From IMG/VR virus record IMGVR_UViG_3300010282_000326: a stretch of 64,000 bases of DNA, one strand, 5' to 3'. This stretch comes from an uncultured virus (IMG/VR IMGVR_UViG_3300010282_000326) (Duplodnaviria; Heunggongvirae; Uroviricota; Caudoviricetes). The translations under genes and the position numbers were made by a program. The notes under the pieces were generated by a model that saw only the letters and a list, made by a program, of their open reading frames with translations, was not told where the DNA came from and did not search any database. Numbering within the stretch: the first letter of the stretch is position 1; every line of letters begins with the position of its first letter. Shown piece by piece: positions 10,156 to 20,387 of the stretch.

Positions 10156-11421
10156 ATGAAGAGGTTAAGAAAAAATTTTTCAGTGTTTTTTGTTTTAGCA
10201 CTGATATTAAGTTTCTTCAGTGGAAACTTGGTTGTTTTTGCAGCACCAGATGATAGCGGTTCGGAAACAGACCCTACGCCAGTTATATCTGACAAAGTTG
10301 ATGGCGAGAATGCAAAAGTATTTAGTATAGACAGTTCTATTTATGATACGACAACAGGTGGTGTTAGAAAAGACTTAGTAGATACTGTTCTTATAGGTAC
10401 TTTTTTAGATGATTATATTGTTATAATTAAGACTGGTGATGGCTATTTAAGTTATAATTTAGATCCTATAGAGACTGATGAAATGGGACAAAGGGCAATA
10501 TCGGATAATTTAGAAGATGCTTATAACGCTTCATTAGCTTTTAAGAAGGGTTCAGTTTTTTCATTACATTCAGCTTATTTAACCAATAATAATACTATTT
10601 ATATCTTTAAGGATACTAAGTGTGTAGCAAAGACTACATTAGATAAGATTACAGATATTTGTGATTGCTCTAAAATTGCAACTGCATCTGTTTCATTAAG
10701 TGCTTCTGATACATGGAGAGCTTCTGATAATACTGTTGGTGATGTTTTAGATGTTTATGTTACATATAATTTACCTGCTAAAGACAGTATTTCAAGTATT
10801 AAAATTGGGAATTATAACTGTGATTTTGAAAATAGTTCGAGTCCTATAACAGCAGTATTCAGTGCTAACAGTTTAAATTCTTATACTTTAGATTATGAAG
10901 TTACATCACTTGATGGTTTAGTGTTTAAAGGAAAAATAACACTTCCTGAGATAAATACACCTAGTGATAAATCAGATAATACAGAAGAGCAGTCTGTTTT
11001 TCCAGTTGTTACTTTTAATAATATTCCAGATTCGATTGAATGGGGTAGTTCGTTTAAGTTAACTATGCTTACAGATTCACCTGCTATTATGGTATTTAAT
11101 GGCTCTGAATTAAGTCCAGATTATGAAGAGAGTTGTGAGGTTGAGGTGTTTCAAAATGGAGAATATACTTACACTGCTACTTCACCAGATGGAAGTACAA
11201 CAGAAGGAGTATTGAAAATAACTTGTTTTGAGGATAAGGTAGAGACGTCACCAGAAGATACATATTGGAATGGGGTAGATGATTCATCGAAGAAGTTAGC
11301 TCAAACAGGTTTATTTAATAATACTATATTTATAGTTATTATAAGTATGTTAGTTGTTGGTATTGCTTTAATAACTTATGTATTTAAGTTTAGAAAGCGA
11401 GGTGCAAATAATGAAGAATAA
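10156..11421 (+). CDS. Sortase-anchored surface protein (LAQTG sorting signal)
   Basis: Sec signal peptide; C-terminal KKLAQTG + TM helix + KFRKR basic tail; Ig-like NGEYTYTAT segment; SD aaggag before ATG 10156. Confidence 0.8.
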   Translation: MKRLRKNFSVFFVLALILSFFSGNLVVFAAPDDSGSETDPTPVISDKVDGENAKVFSIDSSIYDTTTGGVRKDLVDTVLIGTFLDDYIVIIKTGDGYLSYNLDPIETDEMGQRAISDNLEDAYNASLAFKKGSVFSLHSAYLTNNNTIYIFKDTKCVAKTTLDKITDICDCSKIATASVSLSASDTWRASDNTVGDVLDVYVTYNLPAKDSISSIKIGNYNCDFENSSSPITAVFSANSLNSYTLDYEVTSLDGLVFKGKITLPEINTPSDKSDNTEEQSVFPVVTFNNIPDSIEWGSSFKLTMLTDSPAIMVFNGSELSPDYEESCEVEVFQNGEYTYTATSPDGSTTEGVLKITCFEDKVETSPEDTYWNGVDDSSKKLAQTGLFNNTIFIVIISMLVVGIALITYVFKFRKRGANNEE

Positions 11422-14400
11422 TGGCGGTAAGAGAGTTTTATCATTATTATTATCGATATGTATGTTATTTTCATTAATAACTGTTTCAAATTACAGTTTG
11501 AATGAAAATACATTAGATGTATCAGCTTATGCAGGATGTGCAGGAAATGCTACATCAGCTCCTATATCAAACCCAGGTGGGGGTAATAATAATAGAACAT
11601 CAATGGGTGTATGCATTTATTTATTACCAAAAGGTGATATAGAAGCTAATAATATAAGTTTTACAAATGCAGATCAGACAAAAATGTTACCTTTAAATTA
11701 TAAGCAGGTTGGTGATAATAAAGGTAATATATCTTACTCTTGGAATGGTAGAAATTTTCAAGCTAATGTAGGTTATAATGGTTCTGTATCAGATGCAAGG
11801 CATAATTATAGAGGAGCTGGTATATTTTTGATTGAGAGTATACCAGATATATTACCAGCTTCTTGGGCTGATAGCAATGAAGGTAAGTTATCAAGTGGTA
11901 TATATTCAGTTTCAAATAACTGGTATTCACCTAAGGTCACTACTATATCAGATAGTGATTGGAAGTCAATTGGTGTAAGTACATCAACACTTAGTGGCTT
12001 AAAAGATTTATGTAATGGTAGTGAGTCCAGAGGTAAGTCTGCATCTAAGCTCGTTGCAATGTTTAATGATGCTTATGAAGATGAGGCAGATTTTACTGCA
12101 AAGAAGGATAATATAATATCATTTTTTAAGAAACATGGTTGTATTTCAGGGGCAGGTTCTGATACAAAAGATGCTTGGGAAGATGATATGACAGGTACAT
12201 CTTCTTTATGTATTTGTGTTGAGGTCTTTGCTATTACTTGGAATTATGGTTTTAATGGAACAGATTCTACTGGAACTTTTAATTTAGTATATGCCGATAG
12301 ATTACAAGATTTTTTAAGGTATAATCATAGTGGTGAGTTGAGACAAGATGGTACTAGTGCTAACCCAGCAAGTAATGGTAAACGATTAATGGCTAAAGAT
12401 GGTACACTTTATTTTACTACAGATTTACCTTATACTAAGGTAACTAGTAGTAATGGTGATGATACATTTTTAGGTGGTACTTTACAAAAGTTTCAACAGA
12501 TAGGGCTACAGCAAACAAAATGGGCTGGAGGAGCTAAAATAGATGGTTCAGATTGTTTAGGTTTTTGTTTGTGGGGTGAGTTGACAGGTGGTACGAAACC
12601 AGTTGTAACATCGACTATAAAAACGAACAAAGCTCAAGTAGGTGTAGCAAAGCAAACAATTGATGCACATAATAATTATCCAGGTGATTATGCTAAAAGT
12701 AGTTATTATAAGTCAGACGCTAAGTTAGAAGAATTAGATAAAGATGTTCTTGTTAAGGATTTTAGTACTACTGCAAGTAAACACACTTATACAGGAGTAG
12801 CTACGACTCGTGTGTCTATATTACATAAGGCAGGAGATATAGTTGTTACAGATAAACAAATTAAGGAAATATTAGATAATGCTTATTCTAATTTTACTTC
12901 CGATTATAGTTATGCTTGGTATAAAACTGCAGTAGCAACTGATGGTAAGGCAGATGGCATTGCAGGTTATACTTATAAGCCTAATATAAATCATTTTACA
13001 GAAAATTATAGAGCTTATGTTAAGCATATGCTATATAAAGATCTTGGTTCAGATTCTAATTATATATTTGCAGGCTTGGAGGATATGATTTCAAATGTAA
13101 ACTCTAAAGATTATACTTATAATGCAATAGGCAATGAGAATGAAAAATCAGCTTATTCATTAACTAGGTCTAATTCAGCAGATTCTAATTGGATTTATAA
13201 CCCAGATGATAGTACTTATACTTTAAAGGCAGGTAAAACTGGTGCAGTTAATGTAGGTGTAGGTTATGAAATTTCATTACCTAAAACGAAGTCTTACTTC
13301 TACGAATACACGGTCAATTTAGATGATGAATCTGTAACCACTAGTTCAGATACAAAGGAGTATTATACAGATAATTTTGACAGTTTTAAGACTTCAAAGT
13401 CATCTAGATATTTAGTAGCAATACCTAGAGGTAAGGATGATGCTAATAAAGTCACTGGTATAGAAGCTCAGTTAAAGTCTTGGTTAAAAGATAATAAATT
13501 ATCTGAAATATCTTCTTGTTTTACTCAAGGAAGCTCATCATATTTATTTAAAGGTAAGCCAGTTGAGGTTTGTAAAAATATTGACGGACATTATATTATA
13601 AATGTTGGTGCTAATACTGATGGTACTTATAGTGCAAATGGTTATTATATTTATGTTTTAGCACTTAAAGGTAATCCTAAGTTGGAGACAGGATTTGCAT
13701 TACCTGCTCAAGACCTTAATCATGTATATCAAGGTGTTGTTGCTCAGGCAGCTTATCCAGATGCCATTGAGGGTACTCAGTACAGTCCTTTATTATCAAG
13801 TTCAAGTAATGTTAGTAAGCAATATAATTACAACTTAAAGACAGTTGTATGTACTGCAACACATTCTGATAATGACGGTAATGAATATAAATGTTCAGGT
13901 TATGGTCAGTATTTCACTTATAAGATTGAAAAGCATTATAAAGTATTTGATGAAGGTACAGGGGGTACTAATAGTGTTATTGCATTAGATGATGCTTCTG
14001 TAAGTCAGAGATTACTTCTTCGTAATAATCTTATGGCAGGTGGTGTAGTTATGCATACCAGACAGGAGTTAAAGAATAAAGTTAAAGTTACTGATGATTC
14101 GACTCATAGATATGATTATGCTTATAATCTTAATAGATATGTTTCTAAAGATAAGCGTACTTTATCAGCTTTAACATTATCTACAGTTGCTCAGCAAGAA
14201 TGGGCTAAAAATGTGGGAGCCAAGTTCGGAGTACTTCCTAATACAGATGCACCTACAGTTAGTCCAAAGCGTAATGACTCAGCTTTAATTACAGATAAAT
14301 ATACAAGTAAATTAGTATTCAATTCATCTAATGTTTGGGATAATCATAATTACTATAATATTATTCCAGATGTTCATGTACATGATAATGGTAACTCAGG

Positions 14401-16102
14401 TTCAGCTAAGTATCATAAACAGGATATAAATACTGAAGAGTTTAAACCTTATACATACATGGGTTATCCTTGTTATAAAGTTACTATCAATATAACTGAT
14501 AGTTTCTATAAGTATTCTACTGATAAGATAAACAGTGATAAGCCAGGTACAAATGGTGAGTCAAGACAGGTTAATGACTTAGCAGTTCGTGCTAGTGAGC
14601 TTGGAGCAGCTAACTATCGTATGGCTTATATACAGAACTTTACTGATTCAGAAGATAGAACTACAGTTAAGAATAATGATGCAGGTGGTATCTTACTTAC
14701 TTATTATCCAGAGGTTGCAATGAGACAGTACTTATACACAAGTGGTGTCAAAGATGCTGATAGTGATGGTAAAGTTGATACAATAAATGCAAGTTCAGAT
14801 ATAGCACCTACAATTATTAATACAATTGGTGAGTATAAGCGTAAAACTTATTCAAACTCACTGTATGTATTTAGACTTAGAGATACAGATTCAAATAATG
14901 AGAATAATGTAACAGGTAAGATTTTCTCAGATGATATGTCTACTGGTACACAGACAGATAAGTCAAATAACTTACCTACAATTTATTCAGGTTCTAATAT
15001 AACTATTAATGCTGATTGTGTATTTACAGCAGATGCTTATGGTTATGCTTTGGATATGGTATCTTACGAGGATGATAAAGATGGTTTTGTAACTCAGATA
15101 AAGACTGATGCTCTTGCAGAAGTTAAATTACCTTACTCAAGTGTAATACAGGGTAAAGAGTCTAATGGAACTCCTATCAATCCTATGAAGTATTATCAGC
15201 CAGATAACTTACTTGCAAATGGTAAGTCAAAGAGTAAAGCAAATCTTTATAAAGATTATAAGAATTGGGTATCTGAACTGACAAATGCAGGTTATTGGGG
15301 TGCAGATATGACTCTTAAGATTAATCGTAGTTCAAATGAAGAGGTATTTAACAACTTCAGTACTTCGGTTGGTTCGATTAAGTTTACTCCAGCAAATCAG
15401 AAGGAAAATGGTGCATATCCAATAGTAATCAAGCATGGGGTAGTTGTTAAAGATGGTGATGATGCAGCAGGATATAAGGCATTGATTAAGCAGATTTCTG
15501 CAGACTTTACTTGTACAGAAGACCAAGCAGCACAGTTATTCGAGAAGTCAGGTATGTATAAGGCTATAGTTAATGCTATTGAGTCTGATACAAATGATGA
15601 GAATAAATCAATTCCAGATATCATCTATACAAACTCTAAATCAGGTGCTACGCAGTTTAAGGATGCTCTTGGAACTGCATACAGTTATGAAAATGGTAAT
15701 TTACTTGGAAATAAAGACCATTGGTATGATGAATCTGTTAGAGTATTCTGTATAAGAAGATATGAGACAACTGGTATTAAGATTTCGGGTATTATGTGTA
15801 ATGATAAGATTGATTACAGTAGTGCAGCACAGCAGAATACACAAGATACTGTAAACAATAGTCAGGCTAAGTACAATAATGTACGAGGTAAGTGGTACTT
15901 AACATTATACTTCAAGAAAGGTCAAGGTGCTTCTGCAACAAAGAGTGTTAGAGGTATAGACCCAGCTAATGAGTATGACCCTAAAGTATATACTGGTTTA
16001 GGTACTGCTAGAGGAAATGGAGATGTAGTGCTTAGTGAATCTTATGTTCAGCAGTGTGACTTCTTAATTCCAAATGCTTCAACATCTGATACAGATGATT
16101 AA
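11411..16102 (+). CDS. Very large (~1560 aa) secreted protein, function unknown
   Basis: KRVLSLLLSICMLFS signal peptide; Y/N/S/T/G-rich extracellular composition; start overlaps the LAQTG gene stop. Confidence 0.8.
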   Translation: MKNNGGKRVLSLLLSICMLFSLITVSNYSLNENTLDVSAYAGCAGNATSAPISNPGGGNNNRTSMGVCIYLLPKGDIEANNISFTNADQTKMLPLNYKQVGDNKGNISYSWNGRNFQANVGYNGSVSDARHNYRGAGIFLIESIPDILPASWADSNEGKLSSGIYSVSNNWYSPKVTTISDSDWKSIGVSTSTLSGLKDLCNGSESRGKSASKLVAMFNDAYEDEADFTAKKDNIISFFKKHGCISGAGSDTKDAWEDDMTGTSSLCICVEVFAITWNYGFNGTDSTGTFNLVYADRLQDFLRYNHSGELRQDGTSANPASNGKRLMAKDGTLYFTTDLPYTKVTSSNGDDTFLGGTLQKFQQIGLQQTKWAGGAKIDGSDCLGFCLWGELTGGTKPVVTSTIKTNKAQVGVAKQTIDAHNNYPGDYAKSSYYKSDAKLEELDKDVLVKDFSTTASKHTYTGVATTRVSILHKAGDIVVTDKQIKEILDNAYSNFTSDYSYAWYKTAVATDGKADGIAGYTYKPNINHFTENYRAYVKHMLYKDLGSDSNYIFAGLEDMISNVNSKDYTYNAIGNENEKSAYSLTRSNSADSNWIYNPDDSTYTLKAGKTGAVNVGVGYEISLPKTKSYFYEYTVNLDDESVTTSSDTKEYYTDNFDSFKTSKSSRYLVAIPRGKDDANKVTGIEAQLKSWLKDNKLSEISSCFTQGSSSYLFKGKPVEVCKNIDGHYIINVGANTDGTYSANGYYIYVLALKGNPKLETGFALPAQDLNHVYQGVVAQAAYPDAIEGTQYSPLLSSSSNVSKQYNYNLKTVVCTATHSDNDGNEYKCSGYGQYFTYKIEKHYKVFDEGTGGTNSVIALDDASVSQRLLLRNNLMAGGVVMHTRQELKNKVKVTDDSTHRYDYAYNLNRYVSKDKRTLSALTLSTVAQQEWAKNVGAKFGVLPNTDAPTVSPKRNDSALITDKYTSKLVFNSSNVWDNHNYYNIIPDVHVHDNGNSGSAKYHKQDINTEEFKPYTYMGYPCYKVTINITDSFYKYSTDKINSDKPGTNGESRQVNDLAVRASELGAANYRMAYIQNFTDSEDRTTVKNNDAGGILLTYYPEVAMRQYLYTSGVKDADSDGKVDTINASSDIAPTIINTIGEYKRKTYSNSLYVFRLRDTDSNNENNVTGKIFSDDMSTGTQTDKSNNLPTIYSGSNITINADCVFTADAYGYALDMVSYEDDKDGFVTQIKTDALAEVKLPYSSVIQGKESNGTPINPMKYYQPDNLLANGKSKSKANLYKDYKNWVSELTNAGYWGADMTLKINRSSNEEVFNNFSTSVGSIKFTPANQKENGAYPIVIKHGVVVKDGDDAAGYKALIKQISADFTCTEDQAAQLFEKSGMYKAIVNAIESDTNDENKSIPDIIYTNSKSGATQFKDALGTAYSYENGNLLGNKDHWYDESVRVFCIRRYETTGIKISGIMCNDKIDYSSAAQQNTQDTVNNSQAKYNNVRGKWYLTLYFKKGQGASATKSVRGIDPANEYDPKVYTGLGTARGNGDVVLSESYVQQCDFLIPNASTSDTDD

Positions 16103-16123
16103 AGTATTTCTTCACTAACTTAT

Positions 16124-16161
16124 TTAGAGGTTACTTCAGTAATGAGGTAACCTCTAATTTT
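16124..16161 (+). terminator. Intrinsic terminator
   Basis: ttagaggttacttca-gtaa-tgaggtaacctctaa. Confidence 0.75.
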
Positions 16162-16198
16162 ATTTATAATAAATATAAGTTAGAAAAGGAGTGGTCTT

Positions 16199-16870
16199 AT
16201 GAAGTATTATGCAGTTAGAAAAGGTATTAAAGTTGGTATTTTTACTGATTGGGATTCTTGTAAAGAAGCAACAAAGGGATACTCTGGGGCTGAGTTTAAA
16301 AGTTTTGGTACACAAGCTGAGGCTGAACAGTATCTTGCAGGTATTGATAATGTTAGTACAGTAATGAAGCCGACTAATGCTAATGAAGTTCTTGTATATG
16401 TTGATGGTAGTTTTCAAAATGAAGTAATAGCTTTCGGAATTTACATAGAAAGTGCCAATAAAGACTTTAAATTTTGTGGTTGTGTAGATAGTTTCCAATA
16501 TAATAGTTTACGCAATGTTGCTGGTGAGTTATTTGGTGCTTTATGCGGGGTTGAACTTGCAAAAGATATGGGTTTCAAAAAAGTATCTATCATTTATGAT
16601 TATCAAGGTTTAGAATCTTGGTATACTGGTGAGTGGAAGGCAAAAACAAGTTTAGGTATAAAATATACAAGCATATTACGAGGATTACATACAAATGATG
16701 ATTTAGATATTAATTTTATAAAAGTAAAAGGTCATTCAGGAAATTATGGAAATAATATAGCAGATAAGTTAGCAAAAAGAGCTGGAGTTATGAAAAATTA
16801 TGTGGATACTGATTTGATTTTTAAAGGTACTCTGTCTGTGAACGACATCTCTTTTGTAAATTGTTTTTAA
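16199..16870 (+). CDS. rnhA: Ribonuclease HI with N-terminal hybrid-binding (viroplasmin/Cauli_VI) domain
   Basis: KYYAVRKG...GIFTDWDSC...FKSF; YVDGS, RNVAGE, YDY, KVKGHSGNYGNNIADKLAK. Confidence 0.92.
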   Translation: MKYYAVRKGIKVGIFTDWDSCKEATKGYSGAEFKSFGTQAEAEQYLAGIDNVSTVMKPTNANEVLVYVDGSFQNEVIAFGIYIESANKDFKFCGCVDSFQYNSLRNVAGELFGALCGVELAKDMGFKKVSIIYDYQGLESWYTGEWKAKTSLGIKYTSILRGLHTNDDLDINFIKVKGHSGNYGNNIADKLAKRAGVMKNYVDTDLIFKGTLSVNDISFVNCF

Positions 16871-16971
16871 TGCTATTTTTATAAGATATATGAAGTTAAT
16901 ATGTGGTATTTTTAGCTAATGTAATTCTAATATTATTATGGTTTAGAGCAGAAAGTAGGTTAGATTGAAAA

Positions 16972-17928
16972 ATGACAAAGAAAGACAAATTAATTTTAAC
17001 ACTTGGTATTATGTTAGTTGTAGGTGCTTTAATCATATTCGGTTTCGATAGGTTTTTTGATTATAGTCGAGCCAAAAAACAGCGTGAGATAGCTGAAAAC
17101 AGTATTATAGTGCATACAAATACAGATGCTGAGTACTTAAAAACATTAGAATTATCGACTCAAACTGATGCTGAGGCTTGGAATGAACCTATAGATGTAT
17201 TAGGTAAAGACCAAGATACGGCTTCAGTAACAACATATAAAAATGTACTTGAGATACCACAGTACGATATATTAGTTTATATTTACCCAGATGTATCTGA
17301 TTATAGTTTAGCTATGGGGGTAGGTCATTATCCAGAAACTAAACTTGCTGGTGAGAAGGGTAACTGTGCTGTTGCAGGTCATTCAAGTAATCAATATAGG
17401 GCTATCTTAAATAAGTGTCAATATATGAATATATTAGATACATTTAATGTATATGATGCCAATGGAAATAAGCATCAGTATTATGTAACTGGTTTATATA
17501 CTGTAAATCCTTATGATATGTCTGTATTATATACAACAGATGATAGTGTAAGTCAGTTTACAATGGTTACTTGTAATAATAATGGTAATACAAGACTTAT
17601 AATTGAGGGTAAAGAGTTAAATGCATCTCAATTAGACCAGTATATAAAGAATGCTGAAACAGTAAAGAGGAATGAGTTACTTACTTTAAATGAAGAAATT
17701 GAGTCTTTTGATATTAGCAAGGTAAATAATTATTTACAAAGTCTTGGTGTTATTGTTAATGATACTTTCTATTTTGATTATTTTACTTTATTTGATGATA
17801 GAGTTCCTACAATGGATACTTTATTTAGACCTATATTAGCTGATAGGTTGGATAGAAAAGAGCATATTTATTCATCAGATTTTCAAATGGATATGGGCTT
17901 CAGATTCAATAAGGAGGATGAAAAATGA
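16972..17928 (+). CDS. Sortase
   Basis: N-terminal TM; GVGHYP...GNCAVAGH (His), TMVTC (Cys), TRLII (Arg). Confidence 0.9.
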   Translation: MTKKDKLILTLGIMLVVGALIIFGFDRFFDYSRAKKQREIAENSIIVHTNTDAEYLKTLELSTQTDAEAWNEPIDVLGKDQDTASVTTYKNVLEIPQYDILVYIYPDVSDYSLAMGVGHYPETKLAGEKGNCAVAGHSSNQYRAILNKCQYMNILDTFNVYDANGNKHQYYVTGLYTVNPYDMSVLYTTDDSVSQFTMVTCNNNGNTRLIIEGKELNASQLDQYIKNAETVKRNELLTLNEEIESFDISKVNNYLQSLGVIVNDTFYFDYFTLFDDRVPTMDTLFRPILADRLDRKEHIYSSDFQMDMGFRFNKEDEK

Positions 17929-18266
17929 AATTTGAAGATGTAAAGAAGGATTTGGTTGAGAATAAGGGTATTATTTCAGCCAAAGGTTTGAAAGGATTAG
18001 CTGTTAAATTAGCACTATCAACATTGTTTTTTGATTTAGCAATAGTGCTATTTGTTTTTTCAGTTCTTCCAGTTTTAAAGTCAGCTTTTGCTTTCACATT
18101 AATGTTAGGTGGGGGTATCCTTTATATTTGGCTTTGGGATTATTGTTGTGATTGTGAGGATGATAAACAGTTAAAGAAAGTTAAGATATTTGCAAACCTT
18201 TGGTTTGTTGGCTTAATTCTTTTAGTTGGGGTTTTTCTTCTTTTAAAGTACACACATTATATGTAA
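17925..18266 (+). CDS. Membrane protein (3 TM)
   Basis: Hydrophobic helices; SD aggagg. Confidence 0.75.
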   Translation: MKFEDVKKDLVENKGIISAKGLKGLAVKLALSTLFFDLAIVLFVFSVLPVLKSAFAFTLMLGGGILYIWLWDYCCDCEDDKQLKKVKIFANLWFVGLILLVGVFLLLKYTHYM

Positions 18267-18326
18267 AAGATATGATTAACTTGATTTGTATTGGAATTTG
18301 GGGTTGGATTGGAGTTGAAAAATTTT

Positions 18327-18563
18327 ATGAAAACCTATAGCAAAGTCAAGCTTAATACTATTGATAAAGTAAAAGAATTTGCTAATATTGTTGGGAGTTT
18401 TGAAGGTGATGCATTTATACAACAAAAAAAGTATGTTGTTGATGCGAAGAGTATTTTAGGCTTATTTAGTCTTAATTTACTTGATGAGATGATATTGGAG
18501 TTTGATGGAGAGGGACAACAGGAAGTTCTCAGTGAGTTAATGAAAAGAGGTTTCTGTTCTTAA
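18327..18563 (+). CDS. HPr-family protein lacking His15
   Basis: YVVDAKSILGLFSL matches the HPr Ser46 signature; no GLHARP motif. Confidence 0.8.
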   Translation: MKTYSKVKLNTIDKVKEFANIVGSFEGDAFIQQKKYVVDAKSILGLFSLNLLDEMILEFDGEGQQEVLSELMKRGFCS

Positions 18564-18608
18564 GGTTGATTTACGAATATATTTATCACGAAAGGAGAGT
18601 GATAATAT

Positions 18609-19004
18609 ATGCGTGTTGGAACAACAAATAAACTTGCTCATTTACAGGTAGAATATAATGAGGTTACAGAACAGACCTCTATGTTATCCGCTCAGTTACC
18701 AGCTTTAGAAGCTCAAATTAGTTCTATGCAACAATATGTTTCTTGTAATCAGGGAGATAGAAAAGCATTACAAAGATATAATCAACTTGTACGCAATTAT
18801 AATTCTCTTTTAAATCAGATTAGAAGAAATCAAAATAGATTGGTTAGTATAGCTAATAGAATTGGTGCAGAGAATAGGAGAGTTGCTTATCAGCAAACTA
18901 GAGCTTCAATGGGTGTAGCAAGACAAGCACAAAGAGCACAGAATGCTCAAATACGACAGAATTATCAAATGCAGAAGCAGTTGATGACTGATTCTTATAG
19001 GTAG
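18609..19004 (+). CDS. Coiled-coil Gln/Arg-rich hypothetical protein
   Basis: SD aaggag; heptad pattern. Confidence 0.75.
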   Translation: MRVGTTNKLAHLQVEYNEVTEQTSMLSAQLPALEAQISSMQQYVSCNQGDRKALQRYNQLVRNYNSLLNQIRRNQNRLVSIANRIGAENRRVAYQQTRASMGVARQAQRAQNAQIRQNYQMQKQLMTDSYR

Positions 19005-19010
19005 TTTAAT

Positions 19011-19039
19011 AAGGTGTGAATGAATGTTCACACCTTTTT
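19011..19039 (+). terminator. Intrinsic terminator
   Basis: aaggtgtgaa-tgaatg-ttcacaccttttt. Confidence 0.75.
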
Positions 19040-19129
19040 AATTTCTTTAGTTATATGGTAATATAGTATATATTAAATGTGATTCTTATTACAGTTTCAT
19101 TAAATTTAAAGTTTAAGGAGAAAGAAGAA

Positions 19130-19405
19130 ATGAACAAAACAGAACTTATTGATGCAGTTGCAAAGACTTCAGGACTCAGCGTAAAGGATGCTACAAAGGC
19201 AGTAAATGGACTTACTACTATTATTGCAGATGAACTTGCTGAGGGAAACAAAGTACAGCTTGTAGGCTTCGGTACTTTTGAGACAGTTGATAAGGCAGCC
19301 AGAGAGGGTAGAAATCCTAAAACAGGTGAAAAAATTACTATCCCAGCTTCTATTGTACCTAAGTTTAAGGCAGGAAAAGGTCTTAAAGACAGAGTCAATG
19401 CGTAA
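19130..19405 (+). CDS. hup: DNA-binding protein HU
   Basis: MNKTELIDAVA...VQLVGFGTFE...AREGRNPKTGEKITIPA...PKFKAGKGLKD. Confidence 0.97.
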   Translation: MNKTELIDAVAKTSGLSVKDATKAVNGLTTIIADELAEGNKVQLVGFGTFETVDKAAREGRNPKTGEKITIPASIVPKFKAGKGLKDRVNA

Positions 19406-19410
19406 GTTCA

Positions 19411-19440
19411 AAGGGGAATTCGCCAGAGTTCCCCTTTATT
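19411..19440 (+). terminator. Intrinsic terminator
   Basis: aaggggaattc-gcca-gagttccccttt. Confidence 0.75.
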
Positions 19441-19461
19441 CTATTTAAGGAGTGTTATTAA

Positions 19462-19734
19462 ATGATTGTTGAAAAAGTTATAGTTATGGTGAGACTTGCT
19501 GATGGTGATGATATAAAAATCTCCGTAACAGCTAAGGATAAACCTTTAAGAAATAGTGATTTTGATAAACTTATCAACGATGCTAATCGTAAGTTTGGGG
19601 AAATTGATTCTGCTGATGTATTATATTACACAATCAGAACAACTCTAAATGGTAAGAAAGATAATTATAAATTTAAAGATTGGACACAAACATACTCTTG
19701 TTTGGAAGAAATATTTGGAGGTTTAAATGACTAA
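19462..19734 (+). CDS. Hypothetical protein
   Basis: SD aaggag; 90 aa. Confidence 0.7.
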   Translation: MIVEKVIVMVRLADGDDIKISVTAKDKPLRNSDFDKLINDANRKFGEIDSADVLYYTIRTTLNGKKDNYKFKDWTQTYSCLEEIFGGLND

Positions 19735-20311
19735 GTTTAAGAAGATATTAAAAGATTATTGGATTTTTATAGTAGGCTTTATTTGTATTGTATTATTTGC
19801 AATTTTTCTCACTACAGGTGAGGTTAATGGTACTTCAATGTTACCAAATTATCAAAATGGAGATTATATCTTAATAAGGGATACTAAGAATGTATCACGA
19901 GGAGATGTTGTTGTAATTTGGAGTGAGAAATTGCAAGAGTATTTATGCAAGCGAATAATAGGGGTAGAAGGTGATACTGTAAAAGTTCAAAATGGGGTAG
20001 TTAATGTTAATTCTGAGGACTTAGTTGAAAACTATGTAAATGAAGAACAGTGGAATGGTATTAATGTAGATACAGTAGTACCAGATAATTATGTTTTTGT
20101 TATGGGAGATAACAGAAATCATAGTACAGATTCAAGAGAAATCGGTGCTATACCGACAGATGATATAGTTGGGGTTGTTTTTCTTGATATTACAAAATAT
20201 ACGCATTTAACAAAAAATGATTTTAATCATATAATTGTTTTTTGTTGGGCAGTTGTTCTTTTATTTATCATTTTGTTCCGAAATTCAGATAGAAACGAGC
20301 AAAAGTCTTGA
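19727..20311 (+). CDS. lepB: Signal peptidase I
   Basis: VNGTSMLP (Ser), LCKRIIG (Lys), FVMGDNRNHSTDSR. Confidence 0.93.
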   Translation: MTKFKKILKDYWIFIVGFICIVLFAIFLTTGEVNGTSMLPNYQNGDYILIRDTKNVSRGDVVVIWSEKLQEYLCKRIIGVEGDTVKVQNGVVNVNSEDLVENYVNEEQWNGINVDTVVPDNYVFVMGDNRNHSTDSREIGAIPTDDIVGVVFLDITKYTHLTKNDFNHIIVFCWAVVLLFIILFRNSDRNEQKS

Positions 20312-20387
20312 ATTTGAATATTATTAAAGTCTAGGCTTAGGCTTAGACTTTATATTTTTATAATAAAATCAAAGAGAGGTATTAATT

